DNA from: Podarcis cretensis
Lineage: Eukaryota
NCBI GenBank assembly: GCA_951804945.1
Contig: OX638154.1
Coordinates: 49,104,001-49,168,000 of the forward strand
DNA length: 64,000 nt
Reading direction: 5' to 3'
In this document: positions 13,047-24,928 of the stretch, piece after piece
How positions within the stretch are numbered: position 1 is the stretch's first letter
Layout: each line of letters starts with the position of its first letter
Made by a program: the position numbers and the translations under genes
The notes under the pieces: model-generated
Seen by the model: only the letters and a program-made list of their open reading frames with translations
Told to the model about the DNA's origin: nothing
Database searches by the model: none

Positions 13047-13307
13047 CCCAGCACCTGCCAACCTAGCAGTTCGAAAGCACCTCCGGGTGCAAGTAGATAA
13101 ATAGGGACCGCTTACCAGCGGGAAGGTAAACGGCGTTTCTGTGTGCGGCTCTGGCTTGCCAGAGCAGTGATGTCACGCTGGCCACGTGACCCGGAAGTGT
13201 CTCCGGACAGCGCTGGCCCCTGGCCTCTTGAGTGAGATGGGCGCACAACCCCAGAGTCTGTCAAGACTGGCCCGTACGGGCAGGGGTACCTTTACCTTTA
13301 CCTTTAC
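13047..13307 (+). mobile_element. Sauria SINE (Squam1/POM-like), 5'-truncated, with (ACCTTT)n tail
   Basis: shares CCTAGCAGTTCGAAAGCAC...GTGCAAGTAGATAAATAGG with copies at 59772 and 63379; ACCTTT tail is typical of Sauria SINEs. Confidence 0.9.
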
Positions 13308-13329
13308 TGCTTCTCTCTTTCTTGCCTAG

Positions 13330-13443
13330 GAACCCAGATGTTGGATTCACTCCTCCTTCATCCCCTCCCAGCAGGCCACGCAACGACCGGAATGTTTTCT
13401 CCCGCCTCACCAGCAACCAGAGTCAGGGCTCAGCACTAGACAA
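13330..13443 (+). CDS. KIF21B: KIF21B coding exon ([37 protein letters not shown])
   Basis: gcctAG acceptor, GTAAGG donor. Confidence 0.95.
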
Positions 13444-14700
13444 GTAAGGCCGCCTGCGGAACTTGGGGAAACTTGTATCCCCATAGAAGGTGACAACAGA
13501 ATGGATAAACTGGCAGTGCCAGGGATATCTTCCCCTTATGTCCCACTCTGCCCAGCACCAAGAATGGCATGTTTTTCTTTGACTTCCAGGTTTGGGCCCT
13601 ATTTGCACTGGAATTAGCACCATGCCTCTGTCACCTAGACACTTAGGTGCAATTACTGTGAAACCTGCCAAATCATTCAGGGAGCCTCTTATGTGCTGTT
13701 GTAGAGGCATGTGAATCAAAGTCCTTGGTCTTTGCGGCCAAGTACCTGAGTCGGTGCTTTAAGCTCAGAAGCACCCTATTCTCCCCATATGTCATGGGTA
13801 GCAGTTCTGAATCTCTTTCCAATCCTGTCTGCAGCCTATAGGGGCCATCTGCTCTGGTGCCCCTTTATTAACAGGTCACCTCTGTTTTAGTGCGGGGGAG
13901 GAATTGGTATGTTTTTTCCAGCACAGGTGTAAGTTTAGCCTTCCAGATATTTCTTCATATTGGAAAGATATTGGAAATCAAGGTCATATGAGTCCTGCCT
14001 TCTAAATACCAGCATGTCAGCTTTGGGTCCACACCCCGCCTCTGGAGTGTGTTCCACAAGCCTCCTGAACGACAGCTGGTGGCAGCATTGACAGAGCTTC
14101 AGTTAACACAATGGGATTCCTCTAACATGGGCTGCCTTGATCTTCAAGGACACAGGGATGATGCTGAATTTTCAAAACACAGAACAGCAGCCCAATAAAT
14201 AAAGGAACCTCTTAGGGCTAAGCTGGCAGTAGAGTGACCTCTGTGACCATTGGGTCCATATTCCCATTTGGAGGTGGCATGGGAGTCACTGCCAACGTTC
14301 TCAGAAGCTGGCCCACCCGTAGCTATGTAGGAGCCTTGGGCAGGCATTCCCAGATTTGTGCACATTCCCTTCTTTTGCAGAAGAACCATACATGCACAAT
14401 AACTCAGCATCCTGAGAATCTCCACTTCCTTTTTGTTCTTAATCCAAGCTCCGAGCCTTATGGCTGTGATGACAGGCTTGCAAGTGTGTGGTGAAGCACC
14501 TAGTTAAAAACTCATGATGGTTTCTGCTACGCACCCCCCACCCCCCCGTTCCTGATCCCTTCTGTCTGTGGTCTGCTCTCCTATGTCTGCCCGCCCTGCT
14601 AGCTTGGATGCAATAACAACCCTTCCTTTTCTGACTATGCTGCTGCTTTTCCTTCTCCTGGTTTTAATTACCCATAATCCTGCTAATTTTCTGTTCCTAG

Positions 14701-14739
14701 GTCTGATGACAGTGACTCCTCTGTCTCGGAGGTGCTGAG
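14701..14739 (+). CDS. KIF21B: KIF21B 39-nt frame-preserving cassette exon (SDDSDSSVSEVL)
   Basis: ttcctAG acceptor, GTATAA donor; matches recalled human SDDSDSSLSEVLR segment. Confidence 0.9.
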
Positions 14740-17104
14740 GTATAAAACTTACTATTTATTATATAACTCTTCTTGCTTTCCTCTTTTCTCATTCTTTTCC
14801 CCTCCCTGCATTTGAAACCTGCTTGTAACTGAACCCGGTGTGATGTTTCTTTCCTTGTGCTGCTTCTCCTTGCTGGTAGATTTGCCTTCCCAGCTGATTA
14901 GAGTGCTCGATTGGGACCCCTTCCTATGTTAACTGAAACAGTAGGGTTCACCCCACTCAGCATGCTTCACTAGGACACATCATGCGGTTAATCCACCAAC
15001 ACGCACGTGTATCTGAAAATCTCAAGTCTCTTTCCCCCCGGCACTTAATAGACGCCATCCTGTGGCATGTTTTTGTTTGGAATGGACCAAGCATACGCCT
15101 GCAGGTAGTGCATGTCTGTAACTAGGAGTTAGGAGCTAACCATTTGCATGTGTCGTAATTGCACCATGATTTCATGAATGTGGCTCTTGAGTAGTTTCTA
15201 GGCCTCGTGGTGGAGAGAATATCAGAAAACGTCCAGGCAGCTTCCCTTCAGGCTCAGAGTCTTGGAGTCATTTGAGTTGAGAACATTTCCATGCCCTTCA
15301 AGCACAGCTCCCTGCCTCCCCCACACTTCCCATAGGCTTCCAGTTCTTGGCAGTCCTGCTCCCATGAAGCCTATGGGAGCACCCCATGCCTTTTCCATCT
15401 GCCACTACAGCCCAGAAGTCCAGCTCCTGTTTTCTTTTTATCCAGGGCAAGTTATTTTTGCCATAGTTGCTAAAATGGATGGATGGTAGTTTTTAAATTT
15501 GCATAATGGCATCCAGCCTCATACTGTGAATACATGGGAGGTCCTGAATGCTGATTCTGGTCACTGGATTTCGTGTTAAAGCGATACTCCAGCAAGCGGC
15601 AATGCCTTTCCCTTATTTCTGGGTGTAAAATAAACTTTCAAGACATTAGCCAACCCCACTGAAGATGGAGGGGTGCACATGTGTAAGGGAAATGTAATCT
15701 GTTATCTTTATTTCTGTCCTAATAATCAAGAGTGTGTCCTTTTTGAAAATGGGAATAAACTACTGGACCAAGTTTAAGATTTTGGTATTGACTCATAAAT
15801 CCGTGAACAACTTGGGACTAGAATACCCGAGCAATCACCTTTTCTCCCTATTGACCTACCACCAGCCTTTGCCAACCTAGTGTCCTCCTGGTCCTTAGGG
15901 CTACCACTCCCTTCAGCCCCAGCAAAGGCTACCCTGCATAATCAGTACAATTGTCTAATGAGGCCTTCATGGTTGTGCTACAACCTTTTGAAGTACAGGT
16001 AGTGGCCATTAGAACGGGAGGGCCTTTTCTGTAGTGGCACCCTTATTATAGAACCACGTTCCCTCCGAGTTTAGGTGAGTGCCCAATCGATGCTGATCAG
16101 GCATCTTTTAAAAACTCACTTGTACTCCCAAGCTGGACCTTGGTCTCAGTATATTATCACTTTAATTCTGCCCTACTTTTTCACTGCATTACATTTCTAT
16201 ATTTTATATGTATTTTAACAGTATTGTACACTACCACTTCTCAACTTTGATCTTGGAGAAAAGTTTTGTGTGATGTGTTCAAGCCTCTAACTCACTCTTA
16301 TGTGATTTATTTTTTGGGGAAGGGGCTCCATTCCTTTTTTAAACTTTATGTGTCTTGGTGATCCCATGTATTCATATAAGAAACTGCTGCCAACTTTCAG
16401 AGCTGTTACAAAGCTTGTTGCCGGGAAGGTTTGAAGTGTCTCCATGTTGACCACAAGGTGGTGCACCGATTTCATGCCCGACTCAGATGGAGACAGTTTA
16501 GAGAAGAGGAGTTTGAGTTGTCAAAGTTACAAAGTTTATAGGTCTAGAATAACATGACATGCTGCTAGGTGGGACCAAGTGGATTATTAAAATAATTGCA
16601 ATCATTTGGACCCATGTGTTCATTTCAGAGCAAAAAATAAAGGAGATTTTTGTTACTTACAAAGGGTCAGTGCCTCTCTTGCCATGTGGTAACAAAACTA
16701 TATTAGTTACATTGCACCTTGATCTTGCACAAAGAGAGTTGGAGGCTGAAATTTGAAATAATCTTTCAGAAACAAAGCAGCCAATGCAGTAACTTGGAGC
16801 TGTTGATGAGGAAGGGGCTGTCACTCTATGGATGCTTTGCATGCATCAGGTTCCATGTTCAGTGATATCTCCAGGTGAGGCTGGCAAATATTCCCGCCTG
16901 AAACCCTGGAGAACCACTTTCAGTCAATGTTCTGAGCTGGATGGATTAATAGCATAAAGTAGCTTCCTGTGTTCCCATTCAAAGCTGCATGTAAATACAC
17001 ACATTCTGACGCTCAGGGTTGTGCATTGCAGTTTTCAATTCCATTAAGAACTTCTATGAATACACAAAACATTAGTTGGCTTTAATATAGCAACAACTAA
17101 TAGT

Positions 17105-17465
17105 TTATTTACACCCCGCCTACTATGGGCAGCTTCCAACATAATATAAAAACACAACTAAACATCAAGCATTAAAAACTTCCTGATACAGGGCGGCCTT
17201 CAGATGTCTTCCAAAAGACAAATCACTGTTTATTTCCTTGACATCTGATGGAAGGGTATTCCACAGGGCAGGCGCAACTACCAAGAAGGCCCTCTGCCTG
17301 GTTCCCTAAAGCTTCACTTCTAACAGTGAGGGAACCAGAAGAAGACCCTCGGAGGAGGACTGAGGTGTCCAGGCTAGAGGTGGAGATGCTCCTTCAGGTA
17401 TACAGGGCCGATGCTGTTTAAGGCTTTAATGGTCAGCACCAGCACTTTGAATTGTGCTTGGAAAG
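17105..17465 (-). mobile_element. LINE (L2-like) 3' fragment
   Basis: shares GCCTTCAGATGTCTT...TTCCTTGACATCTGATGG...TTCCACAGGGC with 61900-62135. Confidence 0.65.
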
Positions 17466-17866
17466 GGGCCTAAGCATGTGTCCTGTAGCCCTGCTATGCA
17501 ACCTATGTTGCCTCTTGGGGAAAAAACACTTGAAGAGCATTTGAGTGGATCAGCTTTCAGCATAATACTGACACCAGTATATAACCAATGGTGGAGCATC
17601 TCACCCTTCCTGTAACTTGAAGATGTTTGTGCCCAGAACTTTGTGACATACTCTTCAGCTTGATTCTGCATGTGCTTGCCTGCCTGTCACTCCCCCACCT
17701 TTCCCCCCCCCTCTTTTAAGCTTAATGTGGGTCTGGTCCTTCTGGCACGCCAGTGTCTCCTGAGCAGTGTGATTCCCAGGTGCATGATCAGTTACTCTAA
17801 GGATGCCTGATTGCTGCAGCTGCAGGAACCGTCTCTCAAAGCATTTCTCTTTTTCTCCCATGCAAG

Positions 17867-18003
17867 GGGCATTATCAACCCTGTGGGAGGCTCCAGGAGT
17901 GCCCGGACAGCTCCGCTGCAATGCATCTCTGTGGCAGAAGGACACACCAAGCCTGTTCTGTGCCTGGATGCTACAGATGAATTGTTGTTCTCTGGATCCA
18001 AAG
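17867..18003 (+). CDS. KIF21B: KIF21B coding exon, first WD40 repeat (GIINPVGG...GHTKPVLCL...SGSK)
   Basis: AAG acceptor, GTGTGT donor. Confidence 0.94.
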
Positions 18004-18804
18004 GTGTGTATTTGAGAGAGGGGGTGGGAGCTGCTTTTGGTGGCTTAAGCCTGGTATGAATGAACAGAGTCAGAAGTTCTGATTGGAGCTTTTCCAGCAA
18101 TGTTCAGAAATGGTGAAAAATTAAGCATTTTCAGGGATGGTGGAAGAAAAAGTATACTATTGCCTTCCCTGCCCTTTTACCCTAGTTTTGCTGCTGAAGC
18201 AAGTTGCCCAGCAACCTTTCCCCCTGCCCCAGTACCTCTGTTTGAAGGACTCTGTGTCATGATGGAGCTGCTTCACCCCAGGGACATGGTTGACGGAACT
18301 AAGCTGCCCCCATGGCTGCAATTGGGACAGCCATTCTCCCCGCCCCTGCAAGCAGTGACGTTAAAGTGCTTCACATGTGGAATAGCCACTGCATGGAGAC
18401 AGTTTTGAGCAGGCTCAGTCTGTATGGTATATCATGTGACAAGTGCCCTCTAGATACATTGCACTCTCACTATTTTCCTTGGTAAGTCAAGCATGCATGT
18501 GCCTGCTCACAGACATGAGCATAACAAGTGTAATGTCTCTTTCCAATAAATGCAGTGGGTGGCAAAAAAGTTAAGGATGACTATAAAGACAATGGCTGTC
18601 CCCCCAAAAAAAGAAACTTCTGCAACTGCTGAACCTTTCAAATTTGAATTAAAACCGGCTGCTTTCCATCTTATCTGCTGTATGTCCACATTTTAAAATA
18701 TTAGTCACATCTTAGAATCGCTTAGGAGAAAGTGGTGGTTTCTGTTCTCAGATGGGAAACTAGGGCACTGCTGGCACAACTGAAGTTCTCTCTTCTTTCC
18801 AAAG

Positions 18805-18985
18805 ATCGGAGTTGCAAAATGTGGAACTTGGTGACCGGCCAGGAAATTGCCTCCTTGAAAGGCCACCCTAACAATGTGGTTTCCATAAAGTACAGTAACC
18901 ACTCTGGCCTGGTGTTCACAGTCTCTACCTCTTACATCAAAGTGTGGGACATCCGGGATTCTGCAAAGTGTATTCGTACTCTCAC
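18805..18985 (+). CDS. KIF21B: KIF21B WD40 exon (RSCKMWNL...[15 protein letters not shown])
   Basis: AAG acceptor, GTAAGT donor. Confidence 0.95.
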
Positions 18986-19636
18986 GTAAGTACTTGTCAG
19001 CTTTCTGTTTTGCTGCTTTTGAGTTTTTCGAAGCTTCATTTGTGGCCTTGTAAGGTTTAACAAAGTGGGGTTTAAGAGCATAAGCCATTGCTATCCATGG
19101 TCACACAACATTGTGCCAAATCATCCATTGCGCCATAAGGCAGGGGAAAGTGAACTGTGAGATCCCACAAGCTGCTTCTGATTGCTGATGTTTGGATAGC
19201 ATTGTATCTGCAGGTGCTCCTCACCTGCTTGCTGGTCTACTGTATCCTGTTTTGCAGTCTTCTATATCCTGGTCTACTATATCCTGGGCACAGCCTTGAC
19301 ATCTGACACAGGGCCATCTCTCTACCCACCAAACTTGCTTCCTCCAACATCTACAGGCCAGATTATGCATGTCATTTGTCACATGCTTAGTCCTACTGTG
19401 CAATGTGCAAGGATGAACATAGCAAAGTCACATCAGGACAGTCCCAGTCAAGGAGCTCCTGCATTGACTATTCTTAAGAATAAAAAATGGTACACCAGGT
19501 CTAATCCTGTGACAAACCCTCAGTAGGCTCTCCTTTCAATCTGCTAGAACTGTTCCTCTGAGGAATAATTCCTTCCAGGTGATCTGTGGGTTTGAAAACA
19601 TATTGCTGTTCCTGGTCCTCATGGAGTTGAACCATG

Positions 19637-19901
19637 GAGCCAGTGTGGTGTAGTGGTTAAGAGCGGTAGTCACGTAATCTGGGGAACCGGGTTCGCGTCT
19701 CCGCTCCTCCACATGCAGCTGCTGGGTGACCTTGGGCCAGTCACACTTCTTTGAAGTCTCTCAGCCCCACTCACCTCACAGAGTGTTTGTTGTGGGGGAG
19801 GAAGGGAAAGGAGATTGTTAGCCGCTTTGAGACTCCTGAAGGGGAGTGAAAGGCGGGATATCAAATCCAAACTCTCCTCCTCCTCCTCTCCTCTCCTCCT
19901 C
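19637..19901 (+). mobile_element. tRNA-derived squamate SINE (Squam3-like), second copy with (CTC)n tail
   Basis: near-identical to 6928-7163. Confidence 0.85.
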
Positions 19902-20074
19902 CCGAGCTCTTTATTTTGGAGCTGCTTTTGTCTGAGTAGCCTCCTCCGAAAGGCAAAGGCAAATCTGCAGTCTCTTTCTTGCTGCCCTGCAGCTGAACTC
20001 CATTTCTGCTTCTGTGAGACTCCCCCTCCTCTTTCCTCTGTGAGACTCTTTTCCTCTTTCTCTCCCTCTATTAG

Positions 20075-20239
20075 TTCATCAGGCCAGGTGATTGCCGGGG
20101 ATGCCTGTGCTGGGACCTCTACCCGCACCATCACCAGTGTGCAAGGAGAGCACCAGATCAACCAGATTGCACTTAACCCCACAGGCACCATGCTCTATGC
20201 AGCCACTGGCAATTCTGTCCGCATCTGGGAGCTAAACAG
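20075..20239 (+). CDS. KIF21B: KIF21B WD40 exon ([11 protein letters not shown]...VRIWELN)
   Basis: ctattAG acceptor, GTGAGA donor. Confidence 0.95.
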
Positions 20240-20484
20240 GTGAGAGGGGGTGAACTGCCTACAATTCCAAACTGTTTGGAAATCTGCAAAAATGCCCAGA
20301 AGAGAATGGCAAGAGACTGTTGCCATGGCCCAAACTCCTCAGTTACTCACACTGAAGAACTTGAAACTCAACCCCTTTATGAATACATTTAGTATCTGGG
20401 CATTACTTGGGGAGCATTTAGCCTTGGGGGGGGGCGTTCCTGCTGTTAATTTCTCAACACTACCCTTTCCACTTTTTTGACTAG

Positions 20485-20602
20485 GTTGCAGCCCATTGGG
20501 AAGCTGACAGGCCATATTGGGCCAGTGATGTGTCTGACGGTGAACAGGACTGCAAGCAACCATGACCTAGTCATCACGGGATCTAAAGATCACTATGTCA
20601 AG
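20485..20602 (+). CDS. KIF21B: KIF21B WD40 exon ([17 protein letters not shown]...SKDHYVK)
   Basis: gactAG acceptor, GTATTA donor. Confidence 0.95.
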
Positions 20603-21186
20603 GTATTAGACATAATAATTACGTTTTACTGAGTTCACTGTTAGCAGCATCCTTAGTCCCCCACCCCCCTTTGGCAGCCCAACTATCTGTGTCTCCTGTC
20701 TTTACAGAGCCCTACAAAATACTCAAGGTCAAACCCTTTCCCCCCCTAATACACACTTCCATTTCCAGACATTTTGTTCCACATAACCAAACATACTTAG
20801 GGAAGAATTCAAAGTAGCACTATGTCAGTTGTTCCATCATTGCAAGGATTTCAGCTTGCTAGAGGAAATGAGTCGTCCTCTCCTCCCACTATATGCCATT
20901 CCGGGGGCTATTCTCCCCAATCAAGTCAATTGGGTGGGGTGCATGGGCAGAGAAGGGGCAGAAAAACCCTGTTTCACCAGTAGAAGTCATCTCACAGCCT
21001 TCCATTAGCAAGACTCATTGGTTGAATCCATTCCCTTATTTTTAAGAGTTACTCTGGAGCAGGGAAAGCTATAGGACTATCTAGCACAATGCCTACTTTT
21101 CTGAAAGCGGGGGACACTGAGCCCAGGGTTAACTGCAGGTTGAATCTGGGCTGCGGATTCTTATTTTGCCACTTCTCATTTTGCAG

Positions 21187-21357
21187 ATGTTCGAGATTGC
21201 GGAAGGCGTTGTTGGGAACATTGGCCCCACTCACAACTTTGAACCCCCACATTATGATGGCATTGAGTGCCTAGCTATTCAGGGAGATGTTCTCTTCAGC
21301 GGCTCCAGGGACAACGGAATCAAGAAATGGGACCTGGACCAGCAGGAGCTCATCCAG
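21187..21357 (+). CDS. KIF21B: KIF21B WD40 exon (MFEIAEG...[12 protein letters not shown])
   Basis: ttgcAG acceptor, GTAAGA donor. Confidence 0.95.
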
Positions 21358-21687
21358 GTAAGAAGGATGATAGGGAAAGATGCTGGGTTTTCAAAGACAG
21401 AGGCGGTATACCATTTGTGTGGTGTGAATTGTGCTGAGGGTGTCAATATACAGTTGGTGCATAAATTCCTCCTGTAGTGCAAGGGTAAGAAGGCCCCATG
21501 CTGACATCCCTGAAGGGGGCGGACCATGAGGCCAGTGGAAATTTTAGATGCTAAAATTCAGATAGTGCACGTATCCCATACACATTAAATTTATTTGCAG
21601 CAAGTATGGCCTCTGCATATGTATTCCAGCCATGATTGTATTGAGCTCAGTAAGCCTCTTCGAAAAAGCAGGGTGGTTATTCTAGAG

Positions 21688-21823
21688 CAGGCATAGGCAA
21701 ACTTTGGCCCTCCAGATGTTTGGGACTACAATTCCCATCATCCCTAGCTAACAGGACCAGTGGTCAGGGATGATGGGAATTGTAGTCCCAAACATCTGGA
21801 GGGCCAGAGTTTGCCTATGCCTG
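21688..21823. mobile_element. Palindromic hAT MITE, 136 bp
   Basis: 58-bp inverted arms, 20-nt spacer, perfect 8-bp TSD TTCTAGAG. Confidence 0.92.
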
Positions 21824-22936
21824 TTCTAGAGAGAGGGTGAGCAAGGACCAAATCTCTTGGAGCACTGACTTGCTGGCAGTATCTAGTAGAACCTGGTGTC
21901 CTCCAGATGCTTAGGGCTAACAGATTAGGGAAAGCAGTTGTAAAAGAATCCTACTATCTTCCTTTAATAAGTTAATATTTCCATTGTATATTTTCCCAGC
22001 AGTCAAACAACATTGGCCCTCAAAGTCTTGTTGGGGGTCTTATGGCCTATGTGTTGTATTATTTATTATTCTAGCTATTTAGTGGTTCTTGACTTGGTTA
22101 TCTAGTTTACTACTGGTAACAAGCACAATTAGTCCCAAGGCCAAGTGTGCCAAGTTTGGGGAGCTTGGGGCAACTCCCATAATCCCTAGCCATTGGCCAT
22201 GGTGCCAGTGGGAGTTGGGGGTCTAAAAACATCAAGCAAGCCACAGATATTCCACTGCTGATCTATGCCCTTCGGTGCACTATTTTAGAGTTAAATGTGG
22301 GAAGGCCAAGCCAACAGCCATTCTGAGTGCAATCCAGTAACTTCCATCTTTGCCAAATGTGTCACATAAGAACCAAAGGAAGGAAGTTGTCCTGGCTTAG
22401 TTAAGAATTGGAATCCCTGTTGAAAGGGTTGGCCCTGCTCATGCAGAATTCTCCTCTTGTTGCTGCAGTGTTCATAGTTTTCAAGTGTGTGGCCTTGCTT
22501 TTGCATAGCCAGTTCCCCATTTCAAATTTAGCCTCAATTCCAGGTAGTGATATCGATCTGCAAACATTTGTTCAGGTTTCTGAGGTGTGTCAGCTGGGTG
22601 TCCTCATTTTAAGACTGTTTACATTATTAGGAACAAGCCCTATGAAAGAATTCCCCTGCATTTGCAAGATTGGTGTGTGGGCCAATTGGGTTTTAGCTGC
22701 CACTGTGCCATAACCTTCAGGACAAATTAATGGCATGGTGGCATTATTTTTATGGCACAACCAACACCTACAATGAATGGCAGTGTTATTCCAGTTCTTC
22801 TTTAGTATCTAGTCCACTCCCTTGGGCTTTGTTTTAACTCCCAAGTCATCTCATTCAGAAATCCGTGGGTGGAAAAGTTTTTGGGGTGTGGCAACAGGCC
22901 CTTGCTAACTCAGCTCATTGTGACTCCTGTTTCTAG

Positions 22937-23136
22937 CAAATCCCAAACGCACACAAAGACTGGGTTTGTGCGTTGGCCTTTGTGCCTAGCCGGCCCATGC
23001 TGCTGAGTGCCTGCCGTGGTGGGACAGTGAAGGTCTGGAATGTCGATAACTTCACCCCCGTTGGGGACATCAGAGGGCACGACAGCCCCATCAATGCCAT
23101 CTGCACCAATTCTAAGCACATATTCACAGCTTCCAG
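22937..23136 (+). CDS. KIF21B: KIF21B WD40 exon ([13 protein letters not shown]...HIFTAS)
   Basis: ttctAG acceptor, GTGAGT donor. Confidence 0.95.
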
Positions 23137-23837
23137 GTGAGTGTTGAGGGCAAGGGCTTCTCTTTACCATGAACTCTTTGCCCGCTGCATCCCATCATGT
23201 GTAGTCAAGCTGCTCAAAAAAATGAGGTGCCACCAGAGATGAGCTGGTTACTGGCCCAAGCACCTGGTTGACGGAGGAGCCAGAGGAAGCCATTGCTTCT
23301 GTGTCTGCCCTGCTCACAGAGCCATAGTGCAGTGGTGTCCATCTCAACACCGATCTCCCAGAGTCACTTACTGTGCATCCTTGAGACCAAGGAACGGCTT
23401 TTTCATGGTTCTTTAGTTCACCTCTTCCTCATCACATCTCCAGCGAGATTCTGTATGGTGCTTCCTTGTTTGTACCTAAGGTTGATTTCTGGCACTGCCC
23501 CTTACGAAAGGGTGCCTTGCTGTAGTAGCCAGTGATTAGCACCTAAGGACATAGCTCCTCAACTGAGGCACAACAAGCTGGTTTGTCCCAGCAGTCACGA
23601 ACTGAACTGAGCCGCAGGGACTCTTGGTAACCCATCACGGTCCCATGGAGATTCTGGCAGAGCAAGGGCCAAAGACTTGGCCAGAGGGCTTCCCCAGGGT
23701 GGGCAACCCAGGCCCCACCACTCACTCTCTTCCCCTTTGGAGTCTCTAATCTCCTCTTTTCCGACCATGTTTCTTTTTTCCTTTTCTCTCTTCCTCTCTC
23801 TGTCTCTCTTCTCTCTCTCTGTTTCTATGTGCCACAG

Positions 23838-23937
23838 TGACTGCCGGGTAAAGTTATGGAATTACGTGCCTGGGCTCACCCCCTGCCTTCCACGACGCGT
23901 CCTTGCCATCAAGGGCCGTGCTACCAGTCTGCCTTGA
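23838..23937 (+). CDS. KIF21B: KIF21B proximal terminal exon ([32 protein letters not shown])
   Basis: long CT-rich tract, cacAG acceptor, TGA stop at 23935-23937. Confidence 0.95.
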
Positions 23938-24928
23938 CCCTCCTCCTGTCTTCTCTACTCTCCTGCTCACTTTTTCTTGCTGTGTTCCCCCTTCCCCTCT
24001 TTCTCGTCCCTAACCCCTTTCTCTGCGAGCTGATCTCAGCTGCTTCTTAACGGTATGCAATGCTTACTTGCTTTTCTTTCCCTTTAGGGCAGTAAGTGGA
24101 GGTGTTCTCCAAGGGAGACATTACTTCCCAGTTCACCTCCAAAGTGGGCATGCAAAAAAAAAAAACCCCATCTCACTTTCCTCCTTGACATGCCTGCTTG
24201 GTTGCATTATTAAGGCTGCATGCTTCACTTGGAAGCCTGTCCCACTGAAATCAATGAAGCTAACCTCTAATAAACTATGTTTAGGGTTGGCGTGATTTAT
24301 GTGGAAATTGTTCAGTTTGATTGTGTTTTTTAATGTTTTATTTATTGTTTATGACTAATTTTGTTATGTTGAAGTTATGCATTTCCCTTCATGTTGTAAG
24401 CCACCTTGAGCATGGTTTGAACTGTGGAAAGGTGGCATACAAATAAAATTGTGTGTGTGTGTGTGTTTTGGGTGTGTTTTGGGTGTGTAAATGTCAATGG
24501 GGTTCATGTAGGGGGTGGGGGAGTACAACCCCCAAGGCAGGTCCCAATTTGAATTCTGGTTTTGCAGTAAGTGAAGGTGTTTGAATTCTTTCCCTCTTGC
24601 TTTAAACAGGGCATTTGTTCTGGAATAGCCCATGTGCCTACATGGTATCCTTGGGCATTGCAAGAGAGTGAAAGGCAGGAGGGGAAGGATTTGGGTGGGA
24701 AATCAGCACAGTGCCTAGATTAAGGAGTGTGGTCCAGATTGGGAGCCCATGTGGCTGCTTTTCCTTCAAAATAAATATTCACCTATCTACTAAGCACACT
24801 TTTTACAAGCATGTTATTTATGTAATCTGTGGTTTGCACCTCCATTTTCCCTTTATCTGAGCTTGTTCAGTGTTTGGTTCTTGACTTTCTAAATGTCATA
24901 TTCCCACCTTTTCCTCTTCATTCCCCAG

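Noticed and set aside
19670-20191. 173-aa and 66-aa (6961..7161) minus-strand ORFs sharing a near-identical peptide
   Set aside because: Translations of two copies of the same SINE, not duplicated genes.
229-23937. Identification as KIF21A
   Set aside because: C-terminus, SDDSDSS exon, absence of the KIF21A KANK-binding KARRRTTT peptide and linkage to INAVA all point to KIF21B.
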